Below are positions 27,945-37,627 of a stretch of 62,658 bases of DNA, piece after piece (position 1 is the stretch's first letter; each line of letters opens with the position of its first letter). Source of the stretch: an uncultured Fibrobacterota bacterium (GTDB lineage Bacteria > Fibrobacterota > Chitinivibrionia > Chitinivibrionales > FEN-1185); NCBI GenBank assembly GCA_963729895.1, contig CAVSQB010000024.1, positions 1-62,658 of the forward strand, read 5' to 3'. The notes beneath the pieces are model-generated. The model was not told the DNA's origin, searched no databases, and worked only from the letters and a program-made list of their open reading frames with translations. The position numbers were made by a program, and so were the translations under genes.

Positions 27945-30437
27945 TCAGAACACGGGATACGCGTCTGTATTGAAGTTCATCCGGCGCGCAAACTGAACGA
28001 GCCGGACAATGGTTTCCCTGTACTCGCTGTTGGGTGTCTTCTTGAATTCGTCGTACAAGGGACGAAGCGTCTTCTCGAGAATCGAGAAGAACAGGTCTTC
28101 GGTCTTGTTCTTGGAAAACGGGATATTGAACCGGTCCACGATATTCAGAAGATACCGCATGCGTTCGGACGAGATTTCGCTGAGAGTCTCGGCAAAAATT
28201 TTGAGCTCCGAAATGAGCAGATCGAGCAGCAGGCGGGTGGTTTCGGTATAATCCAGGGTGATATTGTATTTTTGTGTTTTCTTCCACAACGTAAGGAGCC
28301 TCGTCCACACGTCGTCTTCGCGGCCGTAAATTTCTATCTCGTTGATGGTGGAATTCCACTGCGCGGTAAGCACATAGGCGATGGGCGCGGCCACAAACAA
28401 AGGCAGCGGCACGCCGAGGCTCGACAGTGAATCAAGGCTCTTTTCGTTGCGCTCCATCCACAACGCATACTTATCCTGGGTGTCTTTGGCCATGCGGTGC
28501 AGGAAGTATCCGGCAAGCCGCACCTTGGATTCCTCAAAAAGGCGCGACAAATCGAGTGCTACGCTTTCGGGATGGGCGGCAAAACTCTCCGGGTGCTGCT
28601 CGTTAAAACCCGGGGCCTCCGCAATACTTGCGGGAATGCACCATCCATCGATGTGCCCGTCGTTTCGTTCAAGGCATATTGCAAAACGGCCGTCTTCGCC
28701 GGTGCAGTGGTTGCTGATTGACGCAATCGACACCTTGCACTCTCCGGCCGACTGCCCACGTGCGTGTTCGCGCTTCGAAAGAACCACACGGTACCCAAAG
28801 TAGTTGAACTCTATGGAACCGGCCCTGTCCGGGGCCACGGCCTTCTCCGCGACCGGTGTAAAGCAAAGGATTTCAAGGTGATGCAGGAACGGGACAACGC
28901 ATTCTTTAAAAATGACGGCGCCGTCTTTCTCCGAAATATTGCTCTTCGCTTCTGACAAGAGCCGCACGAATTCGCTTGCCACCTGTTCCCGCTGCGGCTT
29001 GTCGATTCCCAGTTGGAGCGCCCTTCCTGCATAGGCTATATTTTGCACCGTTTCTATGCCGCTCACATCGGAAAAGAACCACCCGCACGAGGTGTACGCA
29101 AACAGCATATATTTCTGCGCCTCAAGGAGGCGCCGTATTGTCATTGCGTCGCCATCGGTGCAGCCGGCACTTACACCCTCTTTCTCAAGGAATGTCTTAA
29201 ATTCCTTGAGGGTGCGTGCATCCGAGAGCCTCTGGTATGCGTCGCGGAGTTTCCACGGGTCGGCCACAAAACTAGAAATCGCTTTCTCGTATGTTTCGTC
29301 AATGCGCTTCTGCAGGGCTTCGAATGCCCGGCGAAGCGGACCGCGCCACGCCTGTGTCCACGACAGGGGACCGCCGGCCTTGCATCCGCAGTCGCGTACC
29401 CACCTGCCCACGCCGTGCGCGCAGCTCCATGCCGTTCCCTCGCCGAATTCGTCCTTAAGCATGACCTCGAAAGCGGCCGGATTCTTTTCCAGATAATAGC
29501 CGAAATTGACAGGCACGATATCCATGTCGGGAGCCACCCTGCTGAAGAAATAGGCAAGGCACATGTCCCCGAAGGGTTTATGGTGGCCGAACGTCTCGCC
29601 GTCGGTGGCGATGACCACCACTTGGTCGCCAGCCGCGTTCTCGTCGTAGCACGACCGTATTTTCGCGCCGAGCGTGTTTGCGTTCACCAGGAGCTCGCCA
29701 AAACTGACCTCGCGGGACAGGTCCTCGTTGAAGAAGAAGACGTCGAGATGGCCGTCGAGCCGTTTGCCGTCGGGCGTGCGCGGAAAAATGCGGTAGGCGC
29801 GCCGCGTATCCACTCCCCCGTCGGCCTTTTTCCATGGTTCTTCTCCGTCAAGGGACCGGAACGAATCGGCCTGGGAAGGGGACAGGACCACAAACCGCAC
29901 GCCCTCCTCAACGAGGCAGCGCACGGTCTCCATGTTGATGGCTGTCTCGGCAAGCCAGAAGCCCTCACACTCGCGCTTGTAGCGCCCGCGGAAAAATTCC
30001 TTTGCCCACCGTATTTGCGTAAGCTTGTCGCGGCGCGAAGCAAGCGGCATGATCAGGTGATTGTACACCTGGGCCAGAGCGTTACCGTGATTCCGGAACT
30101 TGAGGCAGCTTTCCCTGTCGGCCGCGACAATTTGCTGGGCCACTTTCGGATGATTGGTTTCGAGCCACCTGAAGAGCGTTGGGCCGAAGTTATGGCTGAG
30201 GTTCAGATAGTTGTTGTGGATGTCAACTATCATGCCGCGCTTGTCAAGTATGCGGGAATAGGCGTTGGGCCGGTAACACTGGTCGTAGATTCGCTCGTTC
30301 CAGTCGTGATCGGGGAAAGCCGAGGCCTGTTTCTCTATGATGTTGAGCCAGGAATTTTCACGGGGCGGCTGATAAAAGTGGCCGTGGATGATCACATATC
30401 GCTTTGCGGTCTGCCCCGCGCCATCATTGCCAGCCAT
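27945..30437 (-). CDS. Glycoside hydrolase family 57 / DUF3536 protein
   Basis: HGHFYQPPREN, NFGPTL, WLAETA, ATDGETFGHH, WSCAHGVGRW, YTSCGWFF. Confidence 0.93.
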   Translation of the reverse strand: MAGNDGAGQTAKRYVIIHGHFYQPPRENSWLNIIEKQASAFPDHDWNERIYDQCYRPNAYSRILDKRGMIVDIHNNYLNLSHNFGPTLFRWLETNHPKVAQQIVAADRESCLKFRNHGNALAQVYNHLIMPLASRRDKLTQIRWAKEFFRGRYKRECEGFWLAETAINMETVRCLVEEGVRFVVLSPSQADSFRSLDGEEPWKKADGGVDTRRAYRIFPRTPDGKRLDGHLDVFFFNEDLSREVSFGELLVNANTLGAKIRSCYDENAAGDQVVVIATDGETFGHHKPFGDMCLAYFFSRVAPDMDIVPVNFGYYLEKNPAAFEVMLKDEFGEGTAWSCAHGVGRWVRDCGCKAGGPLSWTQAWRGPLRRAFEALQKRIDETYEKAISSFVADPWKLRDAYQRLSDARTLKEFKTFLEKEGVSAGCTDGDAMTIRRLLEAQKYMLFAYTSCGWFFSDVSGIETVQNIAYAGRALQLGIDKPQREQVASEFVRLLSEAKSNISEKDGAVIFKECVVPFLHHLEILCFTPVAEKAVAPDRAGSIEFNYFGYRVVLSKREHARGQSAGECKVSIASISNHCTGEDGRFAICLERNDGHIDGWCIPASIAEAPGFNEQHPESFAAHPESVALDLSRLFEESKVRLAGYFLHRMAKDTQDKYALWMERNEKSLDSLSSLGVPLPLFVAAPIAYVLTAQWNSTINEIEIYGREDDVWTRLLTLWKKTQKYNITLDYTETTRLLLDLLISELKIFAETLSEISSERMRYLLNIVDRFNIPFSKNKTEDLFFSILEKTLRPLYDEFKKTPNSEYRETIVRLVQFARRMNFNTDAYPVF

Positions 30438-30766
30438 GCGGCAACCTGTGGAGATAAGTGACCGGTGTATCGCCAACTTTTCGCGGTTCAAAAATGACGC
30501 CGAACCCCGATTTTGGAACCGATGCGCATGTGGCGCTTGTCCCGGGCCGTGTTCTTATCGAGGTCTTTGCGGCGCCGGTGACCGCGTTCTTGATGTTTCG
30601 GGCGCTCACGGTTCTCTCCCGAGGAAATGAACGAGAATGGCAGCGTCAAATATACTTCATGGAAATTCGCGGCCCGATGCAAGAGCCTTTGGGACGCACG
30701 CCCTCAAGAAGATCTCGCCTGATCGATCTTATTGGTCAATCGCAGGAAACGGCGAAAAGCAGCCAA

Positions 30767-32212
30767 TCAATTCCGACGAGCCTGCCCGAGACTTGCAAGC
30801 ACCTGTTTCGCCCGAATCGCAAAAACATCATTCGGGTGCGAAATCACGAGCTGTTCCAGGACTTTCGATCCCTCCGTAATTGATCCTTGCCGGATAAGAA
30901 TGTCGCCCTTGTAGAATTCCAGCTCGGGCCCGCCTTCTCCCGGCGGCACCTGCAACGCGACCTTCTGCGCTTCGGGGGCAAGGTCCTTTTCGAGCAGCGC
31001 GGCAACGAGATCGCATGCGAGCATCTGCCGCACCATTGGGGCGTACGCCGCGAAAGACATGCCGGTGGCTTTCTTCGGCTGTCCCAGCCACACGGCGTAT
31101 TCCAGGACTCCGAAATCCTGGTAGGCCTGCGACGCGTCTTTGAGAAGCTCAAGCTTGTACCGGTACGCGAGCATCTCCCGGCCGTATTCGCCGGACGGCT
31201 GCATGGCGACCGTGTCGATCCATCCTTCCAGGTCTCCCCCATTGCCGGAAAAGACGCTTGTCCGAATTGTCCAGATAAGCGCCGCGTCACGGTCGCCCCG
31301 CAGCCCGCGTGCAAGCTCCCGTGCGCGGGACGGGTTCCCCGCAAACAGGGCCTGGCGTACCGCAAGCGTGTCCCGCGCCACCGACGCAGGCAGGGTGGCC
31401 GTAAGGCTGTCTGCTTTATCAAGGAACCCCGCGCGCTGCAGGAACGCGGCCGCCTGCGCCCGGAAGCGGACGTCCGACAGTTCGGTCCGGGGGAGCCACA
31501 ATGCGGCGTCGGCGCTTTTATTGAGCCGCAAATAACACTGATAGACGATTGTCGCAGCCAGGGATCTCTCGGGTGCCTCGGAGAGGCGTCGGTACGCTTC
31601 CATCGCAGGCACCACGGCATCGGAAAAGAAACCCATGGAAAACCTGTCGCGGCCGATGGCAAGAAAATCGCGGCCGGAAGGAAAACGCCTGGAGTCGAGG
31701 TCTCGGAGAAGGTCAGTCTCCTCTGCAAACATTGCGAAGAAGCCGTAGGTGCGGGAAAGCCACTGTTTGACCTGCAGCGTGTCGCAGCGTTCCTGCGACA
31801 GGGCGCACTGCTTGTACGCCCCAAGCGCGAGGCGCTTGGTTTCCACGGACTGGTCCTTGACAATCTCAAAAAGCCTGGCGCAGGCGATTGGGGCGAGCTG
31901 GGGCTGTTGTGCCGAGACCCTGCAGCACAGTCTGCCCGCGTCGTAATACCTGGCAAGCACCGCCTTTGCCGACATCCACCGCAGCATGTCCAACGCGTCG
32001 AGAATGCCGGCAGAATCGGCTATACATAGCAAACTGTCCCCTTCACTGATGTTCCCCTTGTCGATATCCGCCAGGCCGCGAAGGCGCAGGGCCTGGAGCG
32101 CAGGCCGGTCGAGGCGCATAGCGCCTGATTGTGACGGGGCGGACTGGGCGGCAAAGGCTGAATTCACCAACAACGGGATAGACAAGAAAACCGCTTTAAA
32201 ATTATTTGTCAA
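30767..32212 (-). CDS. Exported alpha-helical (TPR-like) protein
   Basis: Signal peptide; helical repeats; C-terminal TPR-like LEQLVISHPND. Confidence 0.65.
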   Translation of the reverse strand: MTNNFKAVFLSIPLLVNSAFAAQSAPSQSGAMRLDRPALQALRLRGLADIDKGNISEGDSLLCIADSAGILDALDMLRWMSAKAVLARYYDAGRLCCRVSAQQPQLAPIACARLFEIVKDQSVETKRLALGAYKQCALSQERCDTLQVKQWLSRTYGFFAMFAEETDLLRDLDSRRFPSGRDFLAIGRDRFSMGFFSDAVVPAMEAYRRLSEAPERSLAATIVYQCYLRLNKSADAALWLPRTELSDVRFRAQAAAFLQRAGFLDKADSLTATLPASVARDTLAVRQALFAGNPSRARELARGLRGDRDAALIWTIRTSVFSGNGGDLEGWIDTVAMQPSGEYGREMLAYRYKLELLKDASQAYQDFGVLEYAVWLGQPKKATGMSFAAYAPMVRQMLACDLVAALLEKDLAPEAQKVALQVPPGEGGPELEFYKGDILIRQGSITEGSKVLEQLVISHPNDVFAIRAKQVLASLGQARRN

Positions 32213-32240
32213 GATCGGCCGCCTTTTGTGTGTACAAGAG

Positions 32241-34004
32241 TCATTTTCCCATTCCCGCCGATATCGGATTCATGATCGAAATGTGCACGCGTCCCAGACT
32301 CTTGGTATCCTGGTAGTTTCTCCCCCACTCGATCGCCGCTTCCCCGATCTTTGACGGTATGCGAATGCCGAGGCCATAGCCGAACAGTCTCGTAGCGGAG
32401 GGAACCGTCATGGGATCCTGGGGTCCGAACCCGAATCCTTCGTCGGCAAAAACGTACAGCGCGCCATCGTAACTAAAATAGAACAGGCACTCGGTCTGGG
32501 CATAGGCAACCGTCTTGAAGGCGAACTCCTGATCGGAGTACCCGCGCACCGAATTGTACCCCCCGGTCCTGTACAGCTCGGCCGTGCGGAGGGTGTCGGC
32601 GGGATCGGAGATAATGGTTTCGCCAACGAGGCGGCCTGCGACGGCCCACCTTTTTGTCAAGGGAACCTGCAAGTCTCCCGTTGCCTCGACGTGCTCACGG
32701 TTGAACTGCCGGCCGTCGTTGTGCGCGATGCCGCTGCCGGTGCGAAGCGTGAATCCCCGGCACAGCTCACCTGCCCGGTACGGTTTTGCCGCGCGGCTCA
32801 GGATGATATCGGCTCCTACGTAATTGGACGACGAGGTGCCGGAATCACCGGAGGTTTGAACCTCATGGGCCGTGACGGCAAGGCCAAGTTGCCAGTATGC
32901 CCGCAGCTCCATGAGCCCTTCAAGCCCGCCGTGAAGGTAGCCATACGAATCCTGTTGGATTTCCAGACCGAAATCTCCGGACGCAAACACGGGAAAATCG
33001 AGCAGGTAAGGTTTGGAAACCGACAGCTCCAAGCGCTGCAAGCCCTGCTGCCCGTTGTAGGAAAGCTCACCCGTTTCGCCCGCGTGCAGGATGTTGAGCA
33101 GTGAAATGTTGACAATGCCGTAAAGACTGCTCTTGACCGACGCGCCGCCGGCCTGAAAGGTGAGCGCACCCTCCAGCCCGAACCCGCTCTTATCGGCGCA
33201 GGAAAATGGAACCATCACTTTGTCAAGGGGCAGTGCGGCACCACGGGTGGCGCCGGTATCGGGCGCCGGTGCCGCATCGAGGGTGACGGCGGGCGACGAC
33301 ACGTCTACAGAGGCGACGTACGGCCGGGACAGGAGCTTCTCCCTCGATTCATCCACTTTACGAAGATCGAACAGCTCACCTTCGCGGATGGTAACGTCGT
33401 GGAGCAGGAGTTTGCGTCCTGTCTTGAAGGTTCCGATGAGCAGCGGCCTGGCAAAGGCGTATCGCCCGTTTTCGTGCACGGTGAAAACGATGACGAGCTC
33501 CTGACGCCGCTTCCCGCCGCCCTTTCCCGAAGAATCGATGGCCGCGCGGACCGTTACCGTCATGGCCGCGAACGGATACCCTCGTGCTCCGAGAAACGAG
33601 ATGGTCTTTTTGGCGAGGGACTGGATGAAGCCCGCATCGTAGGGACATGGTAGTTTGATTTTGGCAATAGAATCCAGGGAAAGTGGGATGCCGCCCCGGA
33701 CCCGAATGGAATCGACCCGTCCACGGCCGCCCACGTCGATGCGAATCCTCTTCGGCGACAGCGTGTCGTAGGCGCACAGAAAAAAACCGAGAGAATCGAG
33801 AAACTGGCGCACCACCAGCGCCTTCTTCCCCGGAGGGGCTTTTCGCGCGCACTCAAGAAGTTGCGCCGGGTTGATTTCGCGTGATTCACCGATTTCGTAT
33901 TGCGTGCCGGAATCGGAAAAGACCGCAACGTCGTTCGGTTGCTTTGCGGCAATTCCGCAAGGAAGAAGAGCGGGAAAAACGAGGACAAAAACGTGCCGCC
34001 GCAG
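32241..34004 (-). CDS. BamA/TamA (Omp85) family outer-membrane protein, probable CTG start
   Basis: POTRA-like GYPFA segment; GGYNSVRGY loop-6 motif; GYGLGIR; frame open upstream to a signal peptide LRRHVFVLVFPALLPCGIAA. Confidence 0.85.
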   Translation of the reverse strand: MRRHVFVLVFPALLPCGIAAKQPNDVAVFSDSGTQYEIGESREINPAQLLECARKAPPGKKALVVRQFLDSLGFFLCAYDTLSPKRIRIDVGGRGRVDSIRVRGGIPLSLDSIAKIKLPCPYDAGFIQSLAKKTISFLGARGYPFAAMTVTVRAAIDSSGKGGGKRRQELVIVFTVHENGRYAFARPLLIGTFKTGRKLLLHDVTIREGELFDLRKVDESREKLLSRPYVASVDVSSPAVTLDAAPAPDTGATRGAALPLDKVMVPFSCADKSGFGLEGALTFQAGGASVKSSLYGIVNISLLNILHAGETGELSYNGQQGLQRLELSVSKPYLLDFPVFASGDFGLEIQQDSYGYLHGGLEGLMELRAYWQLGLAVTAHEVQTSGDSGTSSSNYVGADIILSRAAKPYRAGELCRGFTLRTGSGIAHNDGRQFNREHVEATGDLQVPLTKRWAVAGRLVGETIISDPADTLRTAELYRTGGYNSVRGYSDQEFAFKTVAYAQTECLFYFSYDGALYVFADEGFGFGPQDPMTVPSATRLFGYGLGIRIPSKIGEAAIEWGRNYQDTKSLGRVHISIMNPISAGMGK

Positions 34005-34081
34005 GCACGATACTACACGGAAGGCACGAGTATGTTGGGGAAAAACCGGCGGAGAATAAGCGGAAGAGGATCCTTTTCGGA

Positions 34082-34597
34082 CTATGAGGAGCCTTTCTGT
34101 TTGCGCTTTTCGAGTATTTCCTTGCCCTTTACCGAGTATTTGGCAACAGGGACTTCCTCCAGCCGTTCCACGGGTATCGCTTCACCGGTAACAAGGCAGG
34201 TGCCGTAGGTTCCTTCTTCGATCCGCTGCAGCGCCTCATCTATCTGCTCGAGGTACTTCTGCTGGCGCTCCGCAAGGCCCATGGAGAATTCCCTGCCGTA
34301 GGCGAGTGAAGCCGTATCGCCAAGATGGTAGCTGTAGCGAGAGTTCTCTCCGGATTGATCGGCAATGGAGGTCTTGAGGTTCTCGTTCTGGATCTCGCCC
34401 ATTTCCTCAAGCACGCGTTTCTTTTCTTTCAGGAGTTTATCCTTGAAATGCTGCAAGTCCTTCTTGGCAAGTTTTCTGGCGGACTTGTTGTCCGGAGGCG
34501 CGGGCTTTTGCGGTTTCTTCACCTTGCGAGCCTTGGACGCCTTGGGCCGCTTCGGGGAAGGCTTTTTTCCTTTTTTGGAGCGGGATTTCTTGTTCAC
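34082..34597 (-). CDS. TraR/DksA-family transcription factor
   Basis: Coiled coil with HLGDTAS tip; ALQRIEEGTYGTCLVTGEAIPVERLEEVP; Lys-rich N-terminus; SD AAGGA before GTG. Confidence 0.9.
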   Translation of the reverse strand: MNKKSRSKKGKKPSPKRPKASKARKVKKPQKPAPPDNKSARKLAKKDLQHFKDKLLKEKKRVLEEMGEIQNENLKTSIADQSGENSRYSYHLGDTASLAYGREFSMGLAERQQKYLEQIDEALQRIEEGTYGTCLVTGEAIPVERLEEVPVAKYSVKGKEILEKRKQKGSS

Positions 34598-34821
34598 GGT
34601 GCCAGTCCTTGTTGAAAAAGAATTGCTCAAATATAGTTCCCGAAACGCCGGAAAGACAATTCTTTATTTCCAAGATTGAAGGATTCCGCAGCAAGCGGCG
34701 ATGCGCGGCCGCTGTGGAATCAAGATTCCCAGCACTCATTTTATCATTGTCAGGAATTGGTTACCACAAGAAACATCCAGAGGGTTCCTCCCGCAATCGC
34801 AGGATGATTACGGCATCCGGG

Positions 34822-34850
34822 TTTACTTCGCCTGCACCCTGATCTATTTT
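34822..34850 (+). promoter_or_regulatory. Putative sigma70 promoter of thiC
   Basis: TTTACT-N17-TATTTT. Confidence 0.45.
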
Positions 34851-34882
34851 TGTGAAACCTTTCCGAAAGAAGAACACCTACC

Positions 34883-36166
34883 ATGACAAGAGTCGGCTCA
34901 GCAAAAAAGGGCGTCATCACGCCCGAAATGAAAAAGGCTGCACGAAAAGAAGGCATGCGGTACGATGCGTTCCGCACGGCCCTGGCCGACGGCTCCATTG
35001 TTATCGCACGCAACACAAAAAGGAACATCGAGCCGCTCATCATCGGCGCAGGCACACGGATAAAGGTCAACGCCAACATAGGTACGTCGTCGGCAAAATC
35101 GGACATAAAGGAAGAACTGGAAAAAATGCTCGTTGCCGTGAAACACGGCGCCGACGCGATCATGGACCTTTCCACCTGCGGCGATCTTGCCGCCATCCGG
35201 AAGACGATCATCGCGCAGTGCCCCGTTGCCGTGGGCACGGTGCCGCTGTACGAAATGGCGCTTGTCGCTAAAAGCAAGAAGAAATCGATTCTGAGGATCT
35301 CGGCTGATGAAATGTTCGACGTTATCGAACAGCACTGCGAACAGGGCGTCGATTTCCTCACCCTTCACTGCGGCGTAACGCTGCAATCGCTCGAGCGGTT
35401 CAGGCGGGCCGGGAGGCTTGCCGGATCGGTCTCCCGCGGCGGCACCATCATGATGGAATGGATCCACTACAACAAAAAGGAAAACCCGCTGTATGCCGAC
35501 TACGGACGCCTTCTTGCTATATGCGCAAAATACGATGTGTGCATAAGCCTGGGCGACGCGTTTCGGCCCGGCGCCATTGCCGATGCAACAGACCGCGTTC
35601 AGGTGCAGGAACTCCTTATCCTCGGTGAACTGGTCGTGCGCGCGCGGGAGAAAAACGTGGGTGTGTTCGTGGAGGGTCCCGGCCATGTGCCGCTCAATCA
35701 GGTGGCGGCGAATGTACAAATTGAAAAGACTCTGTGCAACAACGCACCCTTCTACGTGCTTGGCCCGCTTGTTACCGACGTGTCTCCCGGCTACGATCAT
35801 ATCTCCGCCGCCATCGGCGGCGCCGTCGCCGGCATGGCAGGGGCCGACTTCTTATGTTATGTGACCCCCGCGGAGCACCTGAAGCTGCCGTCCGTCGATG
35901 ACGTGAAGGAAGGTGTTATCGCGTCGCGCATTGCCGGCCATGCGGCCGACATCGCACGAGGTTTCCCGGGCGCACGGGAGTGGGACGAAGCGCTTTCGCG
36001 CGCAAAGATGGAGCTCAACTGGGAACGGCTCCTTTCGCTTTGCGTTGATCCGGACAAGGCGCGCGCGTATCGCGCTTCGCTGCCGCCGCGGGGCGATGAG
36101 TCGTTGTGCAGCATCTGCGGCGAGTTCTGCGCCATCAAGCGGTCGAAGCTGGTTCGGCCGACCTGA
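34883..36166 (+). CDS. thiC: Phosphomethylpyrimidine synthase
   Basis: KVNANIGTS, IMDLST, GTVPLY, EGPGHVP, YDHI, CYVTPAEHL, CSICGEFC. Confidence 0.93.
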   Translation: MTRVGSAKKGVITPEMKKAARKEGMRYDAFRTALADGSIVIARNTKRNIEPLIIGAGTRIKVNANIGTSSAKSDIKEELEKMLVAVKHGADAIMDLSTCGDLAAIRKTIIAQCPVAVGTVPLYEMALVAKSKKKSILRISADEMFDVIEQHCEQGVDFLTLHCGVTLQSLERFRRAGRLAGSVSRGGTIMMEWIHYNKKENPLYADYGRLLAICAKYDVCISLGDAFRPGAIADATDRVQVQELLILGELVVRAREKNVGVFVEGPGHVPLNQVAANVQIEKTLCNNAPFYVLGPLVTDVSPGYDHISAAIGGAVAGMAGADFLCYVTPAEHLKLPSVDDVKEGVIASRIAGHAADIARGFPGAREWDEALSRAKMELNWERLLSLCVDPDKARAYRASLPPRGDESLCSICGEFCAIKRSKLVRPT

Positions 36167-36207
36167 AACTATCTATTCCGTTTTATCAAGAAACCCGGGC
36201 TTTTGTC

Positions 36208-37062
36208 ATGCGTGCCTATTGCCTTACGTGCGAACTTTCCCCAGAGTCAAGCGAGCGTGCCCAGGCAGTGTGGTACGGCCTCGGCATGCTCGGGTGCGAA
36301 GAGGAAACCGTTGGGGATAAAATCAGGCTCAAGTGCTACTTCTCCACAAGCGCGTCGCTGCATACCGCGGAATTCCACCTTCTGGACTTGAGCCCATCCC
36401 AGCCGCTCTCCATCACCGTGGTACAGGACGAGGACTGGAATGCGAGGAGGAAACAGTCGATGAAACCCGTGCTGGTTGCAAAGAGCATCTGGGTTTCTCC
36501 CGCATGGCTCAGGCCGCCGGTTTTGCCGGGCCAGTCGTGGATAAAAATCGAGCCGAAAATGGCATTCGGCACCGGCCATCACGAGACCACGAAGCTCGCG
36601 TGCCAAGCGCTGCTTGCCGGTAAAGACGCGGTTGGGTATGCGCCGTCTATTCTCGATATAGGGACTGGATCGGGTATCCTCTGTTTCGTCGCCGACTGCA
36701 CGGGTGTTTCCCGCGCCGTCGGCATCGACATAGATCCGGTGTGCGCCTCCAATCTTGCCGAGAACCTGAGGAAGAACCGTCCGAAATCATCAATCTCCTT
36801 CGCCGTGGGCACCCTGGACTGTCTCAAAAAGATCGTCGCCTTTGACCTTGTCGTCATGAATATGTTGTCGTCCGAAGGAATGCCGCTGCTTGAAAGGATC
36901 CGCAACCTCTTAAGAGATAACGGAATCTTCATCTGGTCCGGCCTTCTTCTGGGAGAAAGAAATGATGTACTCGCGCAGGTTCTTCCCATCGGATTCTCTC
37001 TGTGCCGGGATGCACATGAGAATGAATGGTGGTGCGCCTCGTTTGTCAAGAAATCGGGTTAG
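36208..37062 (+). CDS. prmA: Ribosomal protein L11 methyltransferase
   Basis: EDWN, IEPKMAFGTGHHETT, LDIGTGSGIL. Confidence 0.92.
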   Translation: MRAYCLTCELSPESSERAQAVWYGLGMLGCEEETVGDKIRLKCYFSTSASLHTAEFHLLDLSPSQPLSITVVQDEDWNARRKQSMKPVLVAKSIWVSPAWLRPPVLPGQSWIKIEPKMAFGTGHHETTKLACQALLAGKDAVGYAPSILDIGTGSGILCFVADCTGVSRAVGIDIDPVCASNLAENLRKNRPKSSISFAVGTLDCLKKIVAFDLVVMNMLSSEGMPLLERIRNLLRDNGIFIWSGLLLGERNDVLAQVLPIGFSLCRDAHENEWWCASFVKKSG

Positions 37063-37174
37063 GGTTCCAACCACGGAAAACAGCCCGGACCGTTCTGTTC
37101 CTTTCCCGGCCGGTCCAGCACGGGAAAACGCCTCCTCTCGGATTCTTCCACAGAAGATTCTTGGCTGCGCGCCC

Positions 37175-37615
37175 GTGATTATGCTTATCGCCGTTTGTGC
37201 ACTGCGCACATTTTCCGACGTGCATGTTCTCAGGGGCAGCGGGCCCGAGTATCCGCTCGAAGTGGACAGCGTATTCTTCTTTGTGTGGTTCGACTCGGCC
37301 GGCAGGATCGATTCTCTGGTTAGAGCGCTCCCGGCTTCATTCTATGCCGAACTGCGCGACAATATCGACTCCGTGTACAACTACGCGACCGCGCTCTCGC
37401 TCAGGCGCAAGGAGCTCTCGGGCTGTACAAGCGGACTCAAATACGGTGCTTGCCTTTCCTTCACAACCCTCGGCTCGACAACGCTCAAGATTTTGTTTTC
37501 GTGCGGGGATTTCGTCAGCGGCAAGCTTCTCACCGCCACCGACAACTATCCGTTCGTAGTGAAATTGACAAAAGGGTTTTCTGTAAAGTTGCGGAAGCTG
37601 GCGAGAAGAAAGTAG
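37175..37615 (+). CDS. Hypothetical exported protein
   Basis: Open frame with a hydrophobic N-terminus and host-like codons; start uncertain. Confidence 0.5.
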   Translation: MIMLIAVCALRTFSDVHVLRGSGPEYPLEVDSVFFFVWFDSAGRIDSLVRALPASFYAELRDNIDSVYNYATALSLRRKELSGCTSGLKYGACLSFTTLGSTTLKILFSCGDFVSGKLLTATDNYPFVVKLTKGFSVKLRKLARRK

Positions 37616-37627
37616 CGCGTCACGCCT

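Noticed and set aside
27551..34100. Shared C-terminal KGSS in the 86-aa membrane protein and DksA
   Set aside because: A four-residue match with no wider similarity; probably chance.
34680..34882. TPP riboswitch upstream of thiC (also checked before thiE)
   Set aside because: No CTGAGA core or matching downstream conserved motif is visible, and the predicted thiC leader is too short.
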